From NCBI GenBank assembly GCA_965207455.1, contig CBDBMJ010000001.1, positions 448,001 through 512,000 of the forward strand: a stretch of 64,000 nt of DNA, in the 5' to 3' direction. Below are positions 58,536-64,000 of this stretch, in pieces. Positions within the stretch are counted from its first letter, which is position 1. The number at the start of each line of letters is the position of its first letter. The notes beneath the pieces were generated by a model that worked only from the letters and a program-made list of their open reading frames with translations, did not search any database and was not told where the DNA came from. The stretch comes from Bdellovibrionota bacterium. Its GTDB lineage: Bacteria; Bdellovibrionota; UBA1018; CAIPTA01; JAALKR01. The position numbers and the translations under genes were made by a program.

Positions 58536-60275
58536 TTATTTAGTATTTTTCTCACAAATTTGTTTTTCATTGTTAGAAAAGAATAAATAATCGTAGAATT
58601 CTGTTCGATTTTTTCTAGGCAAATCACATACGGATTGAATGCTTCTTTCATAATCTTCCAATAGCCTTGACTCTCTTCTCACTGTTAAAAAATCCAGTTC
58701 CCAAAGTATATCTTGTTCAGTAAATTCCCTTTTCTTCAAAGCCTTTAATTCAACTAATAATCTTATGTAGGGATGATATCTTTGGACTGAGGTGCAGGAT
58801 TTATTATTTTTATAACAAACTTTTTTGTAATTTGGCCAAATATAATTTCTATTTGCCCCTAAGCTTGATCCATTTTTAAAGGATGAAGGGATAGTATAAG
58901 AAGCGCCTACTTTAAATCTATTTATTTTTTGTATTTCTTCTATTTTATTTGTTTCTGGAACTGTTGGAATCTCCTGCAGTCCATCCTCCATCAGACTGTT
59001 AAATGATCTGTTCTTGTCGATGAGATTGACTGGTATTATGATGTTATTTTGTTTGAATCTCCAATAGTCTGTTTTTGGATTCCTGAATGATATTGCTAGA
59101 CCGTATTTTTGTTCTTTTTCAATCTTTAAATCTTTAAATATTTTAGATATTTTGATTATGCCTTGCCATTGAGGTGATAAAATTCTTCCCATTCGCCAAG
59201 TCCATGGACTCTTGCTGGGAATTTTTTCTCCTAGTTCGCTAATTTTGTAAAATATAATTTCTGCCGCTAGGGGCTTTAAGAATGAGCAATTACTTGTGCA
59301 TATGCCATTGCGGCACACCTTTGGACATACATTATTCACAGCAATGGATGCTTTTACTTTTGTTCCTTTTTCTCCAAGATCTTGTATTTCTAAAACGCCC
59401 ATTTCAACTTCAGGCGTATAATACTCTTTAATATAAATGGGGCGATTTCTTATCTCACGAGCTAAAATTTCAGGTTTTTGTGATGATTCTAAGTGCAATC
59501 GACCTGGAATACTTCCCATTAGTATAGTTTCTTGTCCTATTTCCCCGGGGGTTGCTACATTTTTTGGATTATTTATTATTCGAACAGAGGTATAGAAAAT
59601 AAACTCAATTGGAGCAAAATTATTTTTACTAAGGAATTTCTCATTTAAACAAGACTTTTTAAATTTAGATTTTATCTGAAATTTAGCACCTTTTCCAATA
59701 TGGAAAAAACAGTCTGCTGTGGTGTTCATGATAACCTCTCGGTCCGATATAATTTCCAATTCACATTGGGGAAGATTAAAATCACTGGGTGGCTTATCTA
59801 ATATTAAGGGTAGATTGGATGTGATTTTTCTTTCTAAACAATGGGTCAAAAATTTGTGTTGTTGCACAATATTTTCTTTTCTGGCATTGAAACTTTGTAC
59901 TGGAAATCTAGCGTTCAGCAATTTTTCTTCATCCTCAGTCTCACGCATGTCTTTCGATGGATCTATATATGTTTTTACTGCATCTAAAACTATGGGGGAG
60001 GAGGCAACAGTAAATGTGATATAAAGAGAATTATTATTTGCAGCACGCTTGTCGCAGTCATCTATAGTTATTCCATTATAGTCTAAACCTGTATAGCTTT
60101 TGGCAATAGTTCTAAAGGTATCTTTTGTAACCAGTGAACCACCATAGATCACTGTTCCTCCTTTTAGCCTATTTAAAGAACATAACCCACCAGTATTTAC
60201 ACGATTTCCATCAATTCCCAGAGAGTGTGCGGAAGAAAAAAATAGTATTAGGGATAAATAAATTTTTAATTTCAT
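58536..60275 (-). CDS. Secreted beta-rich, Cys-containing hypothetical protein (579 aa)
   Basis: Signal peptide and CPKVCRNGICTSNC. Overlaps the upstream gene's stop codon. Confidence 0.75.
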   Translation of the reverse strand: MKLKIYLSLILFFSSAHSLGIDGNRVNTGGLCSLNRLKGGTVIYGGSLVTKDTFRTIAKSYTGLDYNGITIDDCDKRAANNNSLYITFTVASSPIVLDAVKTYIDPSKDMRETEDEEKLLNARFPVQSFNARKENIVQQHKFLTHCLERKITSNLPLILDKPPSDFNLPQCELEIISDREVIMNTTADCFFHIGKGAKFQIKSKFKKSCLNEKFLSKNNFAPIEFIFYTSVRIINNPKNVATPGEIGQETILMGSIPGRLHLESSQKPEILAREIRNRPIYIKEYYTPEVEMGVLEIQDLGEKGTKVKASIAVNNVCPKVCRNGICTSNCSFLKPLAAEIIFYKISELGEKIPSKSPWTWRMGRILSPQWQGIIKISKIFKDLKIEKEQKYGLAISFRNPKTDYWRFKQNNIIIPVNLIDKNRSFNSLMEDGLQEIPTVPETNKIEEIQKINRFKVGASYTIPSSFKNGSSLGANRNYIWPNYKKVCYKNNKSCTSVQRYHPYIRLLVELKALKKREFTEQDILWELDFLTVRRESRLLEDYERSIQSVCDLPRKNRTEFYDYLFFSNNEKQICEKNTK

Positions 60276-61123
60276 TTTAATTCTCCCCCAGTTAATGTGT
60301 TAATTTTCATTGTAAGTTTGGTTGAGGGGCTTTCTCGAGCTTTCAGATTGCTCTCGGAAAACGTATGTCTCATTACACACTTTTTAGGCAAATAACTAGA
60401 AATAGAATAATCACTTAATATCGTTGAATTTGTGTTAGAAATTATTGAATCCTCTTTTGAATAAACCTCTTGTCCATCACATTTTATTATCAAAGAATGT
60501 GTAAGCTTAGCTGAAATGGCATAGTTAGCCACTGTCCTTGATAGATCATCCATTGTTATGGTTAAATATAATGGCTTATTTAAATAATCATTATTTTTAA
60601 GCCTATCGCTTGCGAATGGATTTGTCCTTCCGCTGAAATAGCAAATATCTATAAAGTACTGGAAACCATAGCTCTCAGAATTGAACTCGAATGTGATATC
60701 CTTTATAGCGACTACTGCATCCTGGCTGGTATTTTTATGGACGCTAAGATTACCAGAATAAAAATATCTTAGGGAGTGAAGCACAAAGACCTTCCATTGT
60801 TGAGGATCGCTTGAAATTTTTTGCATAGAGGATACAGTTTCTTGAGATCCATTCGGATTCAAGGATATTTCCTCTGTAGTATAAATAATATGATTCCGTT
60901 TATTCTCCCCGTTAACCGTGCTGGTGGTAACCACATCATCACTAGTATACAATGAGTTTCCCTCTCCATAATTGGGAGCAGGAGAAATTCCAACGTTGCA
61001 GGGATACAGCAATGTGTATAAGGGAAGACTTTGGGCAAAAGCACTTAGATTAGCAGTGAAGTAGAATAGGAAGAAACTACCAATTAGCCTTGTAAATATT
61101 TTTTTTATTTTTACATGTCTCAC
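60272..61123 (-). CDS. Secreted four-Cys family paralogue 1
   Basis: GAGGA RBS with a GTG at 61123, signal peptide ending in AFA, plus PCNVGI, YGFQYFIDICY, IKCDG and CVMRHTFSE. Confidence 0.8.
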   Translation of the reverse strand: MRHVKIKKIFTRLIGSFFLFYFTANLSAFAQSLPLYTLLYPCNVGISPAPNYGEGNSLYTSDDVVTTSTVNGENKRNHIIYTTEEISLNPNGSQETVSSMQKISSDPQQWKVFVLHSLRYFYSGNLSVHKNTSQDAVVAIKDITFEFNSESYGFQYFIDICYFSGRTNPFASDRLKNNDYLNKPLYLTITMDDLSRTVANYAISAKLTHSLIIKCDGQEVYSKEDSIISNTNSTILSDYSISSYLPKKCVMRHTFSESNLKARESPSTKLTMKINTLTGGELK

Positions 61124-61212
61124 TTTCAAAATCCTCAATAATGACAAGAGTCAATGCCTCGCACCCTCATCCCCAACAGTGATGACTCACAATATAACTT
61201 AAGTCTGTGTGC

Positions 61213-61241
61213 AATATATTGAAGCAGATGTGATGTGTCAA
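61213..61241 (-). promoter_or_regulatory. Sigma-70-type promoter of the 10-gene operon
   Basis: TTGACA-N17-TATATT on the minus strand. Confidence 0.65.
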
Positions 61242-61531
61242 TAGTTTATTTTTAATTTTTGTTAAAATGCATTGCGTTATAAAATTAAGGTTAGAAACTT
61301 ACTAAATGAACTAAATCAATTATTATTTTTTTATAGATGGACAATGCAAAATTCTCTTTAAATACAGATCTTACTACTGTACTTTGCAGTGAATGGTTTA
61401 TGTTTAAAACAATTAGTCTTGATGCGTTATTTTTGTTGGTAATAGTATTGTTTTTTACTAAAGAAAAAATAATGGAATATGTTTGAGTGTATTGATACGT
61501 TAACGTAGAGTTTTTCTTAAAAATAAAAAAG

Positions 61532-62230
61532 ATGGCAGATAAAAAAGAAACGAGAATTTTTACAGATGGGGCTTGTTCGGGAAACCCGGGTCCTGGCGGT
61601 TGGGGAGCTATTGTACTCTTTTCAGATGGTCGGGTTTTAGAAATGGGAGGAAGCCACCCAGAAACAACGAATAATCGCATGGAGCTCACTGCAGCCCTCC
61701 TGGCCTTAGAAAAATTGAGAGAATTTCCAACAGAACTCCCGTTGATCACTCTCTATACGGACTCCAAGTACCTTATCCAAGGCATGGAACAATGGACATA
61801 CCTATGGCAACGAAACCAATGGCAAACCAGTCAAGGCAAACCAGTGCTCAATATGGGTTTATGGAAAAAACTCATCCAAGCAGCCAGCAAACTACGCATA
61901 CAATGGAAGCATATCCCGGCTCACTCCAACTACCCTGGAAATGAACGTTGCGACGAGATTGCTGTAGCCTTTAGCCGAAACACCCATCCAAAATTGTATA
62001 CTGGATCCCAGGTCAACTATGGTGTGGATCTCACAGTGCTGCCCAGAGCCTCTAGTAAAGGATCCTCCAAGCCCTATTATATGAGCTATGTCGACGGGGT
62101 TCTTTTTCGGGACAGCACCTGGAATGCCTGTCAAGAGCGGGTGAAGGGGGTATCGAGAGCTAGGTTTAAAAAATGTCGGGACGAAGAGGAGGAGAGGCGT
62201 ACCCTTGAAAAGTGGGGGATTTCCCCATAA
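61532..62230 (+). CDS. rnhA: Ribonuclease HI with a C-terminal extension resembling a viroplasmin/hybrid-binding domain
   Basis: Motifs FTDGACSGNPGPGGW, TNNRMEL, TDSKY and NERCD. C-terminal TWNACQERVKG..ARFKK. Confidence 0.92.
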   Translation: MADKKETRIFTDGACSGNPGPGGWGAIVLFSDGRVLEMGGSHPETTNNRMELTAALLALEKLREFPTELPLITLYTDSKYLIQGMEQWTYLWQRNQWQTSQGKPVLNMGLWKKLIQAASKLRIQWKHIPAHSNYPGNERCDEIAVAFSRNTHPKLYTGSQVNYGVDLTVLPRASSKGSSKPYYMSYVDGVLFRDSTWNACQERVKGVSRARFKKCRDEEEERRTLEKWGISP

Positions 62231-62348
62231 TTTCTAGCTCCATGGAGCGAGTGGATCAATAGTGCTAGAAATTCCAGCTAGGTTCGTATACAGTTTTTTC
62301 ATGTTAACAAAGAAGGAAAATTCTTATGAAATCCAACAAGGAGCTATT

Positions 62349-63677
62349 ATGAAAGATTATCGTGTTTGTCCCAAGGCAATGGAAAACCCCGACTTTTTTA
62401 AGGAGTTAGCCCGTTGGGGGCGCATGGAAATTACCATTGCAGAGTCAGAAATGCCGGGTTTAATGGCGTTACGAAAAGAGTTTGGTCCTCGGCAAATTCT
62501 TAAAGGAGCGCACATTACTGGGTGTCTTCATATGACCATACAAACTGCGGTTCTTATAGAAACGTTAATCGCCTTAGGAGCCAAAATTCGTTGGTCCTCG
62601 TGTAATATTTTTTCCACTCAGGATCATGCAGCCGTAGCAATGGCAGCAGCAGGGGTGCCTATTTTTGCGTGGAAAGGAGAGACGGAAGAGGAGTTCAATT
62701 GGTGTATTGAACAAACCATCACGGGCTGGGGTGATCAGGGTTATAATTTAATTTTAGACGACGGTGGGGATTTAACCAATATGATGTGTGAAGAGCGTTT
62801 CGCAAAAGAAATGGATCGGGTTATTGGTCTATCTGAGGAAACCACCACAGGTGTGCATAACTTGGAGTGCTTAGCTCAGAATGGAAAGCTTCCCGTGCCA
62901 GCGATTAATGTGAATGACTCTGTTACAAAATCTAAATTTGATAATCTTTATGGTTGTCGTGAGTCCCTTGCCGACGGAATTAAGCGAGCCACAGATGTGA
63001 TGCTTGCGGGAAAGACGGTAGTTGTTGCGGGTTATGGTGACGTGGGTAAGGGCTGTGCAAAGTCCTTACAGTCCTATGGTTCCAGGGTATTGATTACTGA
63101 GATTGACCCTATTTGTGCTCTCCAAGCATCTATGGAGGGTTTCGAGGTAACGACTATGGAAAAAGCAGCTCCTCAGGCAGATATTTTTGTGACCGCTACT
63201 GGTTGTTGCGACATTCTCACGTCCACCCATTTTGATCAGATGAAAGGTGGAGCTATTGTTTGCAATATTGGTCACTTTGATATTGAAATTGATATGGATT
63301 GGCTCAATGGACACTCCAAACTAGAGGAAATAAAGCCCCAAGTGGACAAGCATACTCTAAAAAATGGTCGAATTATTATTGTATTGGCAAAAGGTCGATT
63401 GGTGAATTTAGGCTGTGCCACAGGTCATCCTTCTTTTGTAATGAGTAACTCTTTTACTAATCAGGTGTTGGCACAAATAGAGTTATATACCAATAAAGGG
63501 TCCAGTAAATATGGGGAGAGAAAAGTATATAGATTACCTAAAGAATTAGATGAGAAGGTGGCATTTCTTCACCTAGAAAAAGTGGGTGCTCAGCTTTCGA
63601 AGCTTTCTTCTAAGCAAGCGAAGTATTTGGGTCTTCCAGAACAGGGACCCTTTAAGCCTGATTATTATCGTTATTAG
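62349..63677 (+). CDS. ahcY: Adenosylhomocysteinase
   Basis: Motifs [39 protein letters not shown] and [10 protein letters not shown]. The start is placed after AAGGAG. Confidence 0.97.
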   Translation: MKDYRVCPKAMENPDFFKELARWGRMEITIAESEMPGLMALRKEFGPRQILKGAHITGCLHMTIQTAVLIETLIALGAKIRWSSCNIFSTQDHAAVAMAAAGVPIFAWKGETEEEFNWCIEQTITGWGDQGYNLILDDGGDLTNMMCEERFAKEMDRVIGLSEETTTGVHNLECLAQNGKLPVPAINVNDSVTKSKFDNLYGCRESLADGIKRATDVMLAGKTVVVAGYGDVGKGCAKSLQSYGSRVLITEIDPICALQASMEGFEVTTMEKAAPQADIFVTATGCCDILTSTHFDQMKGGAIVCNIGHFDIEIDMDWLNGHSKLEEIKPQVDKHTLKNGRIIIVLAKGRLVNLGCATGHPSFVMSNSFTNQVLAQIELYTNKGSSKYGERKVYRLPKELDEKVAFLHLEKVGAQLSKLSSKQAKYLGLPEQGPFKPDYYRY

Positions 63678-64000
63678 TTTTTGTTTCTTCTTTTATCCAA
63701 CGTCCATTGGAGAAAATAAATGTGGAGACTTTGCGGAAAGAAGGATTTTCAATGGTGGAAATATTCTCATCGCTATACCAAGTTGGAGAGCGAGTGTCAG
63801 AAGGGGCGCTGGAAGGGGTGCTAGAATTGGTGCGAGAGCTGGAGCTAGCATGCGAAGTATACTTTCCTACCCGTAGTTTATGAACTCGCCAAACAACTAG
63901 GGCATACAGAAGACCAAAAACAAAAGCAAAACCGCTGACGAAAAATACAGCGATAAAAGGATAGGAGAGGCACAAAAATCCAAAGGTAATAGAGACAATG
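63652..64000 (-). CDS. 3' part of a hypothetical membrane protein (partial)
   Basis: The frame stays open to the window edge, with hydrophobic segments followed by a Ser-rich tail. Confidence 0.45.
   Translation of the reverse strand, partial: IVSITFGFLCLSYPFIAVFFVSGFAFVFGLLYALVVWRVHKLRVGKYTSHASSSSRTNSSTPSSAPSDTRSPTWYSDENISTIENPSFRKVSTFIFSNGRWIKEETKTNNDNNQA

Noticed and set aside
50306..61147. Paralogue array as a diversity-generating retroelement or shufflon
   Set aside because: There is no reverse transcriptase or recombinase, and no near-identical template/variable repeats. Similarity is mainly at protein-motif level.
62231..62348. SAH riboswitch upstream of ahcY
   Set aside because: No recognisable consensus by eye. 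An Infernal/Rfam scan would settle it.

Overview
This is a bacterial window, probably Bdellovibrionota-like. That is an inference from the mevalonate cluster, several secreted RCC1 and S8 proteins and a caa3-type oxidase. Bases 1-21.9 kb are an accessory region on the 3' side of tRNA-Phe. It holds an SDR/MFS/ATP-grasp cluster, IS3, IS1634, IS630 and IS1202-type elements, a complete compact type II-C CRISPR-Cas9 locus (26 spacers) bracketed by an exact 49-bp direct repeat, several degenerate copies of the tRNA 3' end, and orphan secreted proteins. Bases 21.9-32.5 kb are core-like genes: lgt, an Omp85-like protein, yraN, ssb, and the lower mevalonate pathway with ispA. Bases 32.7-42.7 kb are a second accessory patch with an integrase remnant, S8 protease plus TPR, a large lipoprotein and RCC1 proteins. 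Bases 42.8-49.5 kb are a cytochrome c oxidase operon. Bases 50.3-61.2 kb are a 10-gene operon of unrecognised, apparently secreted Cys-containing proteins, six of them paralogues of one four-Cys family. This operon is the best candidate for an undescribed system, possibly an extracellular fibre. The window ends with rnhA and ahcY. All calls come from reading the sequence and the ORF track; no searches were run.
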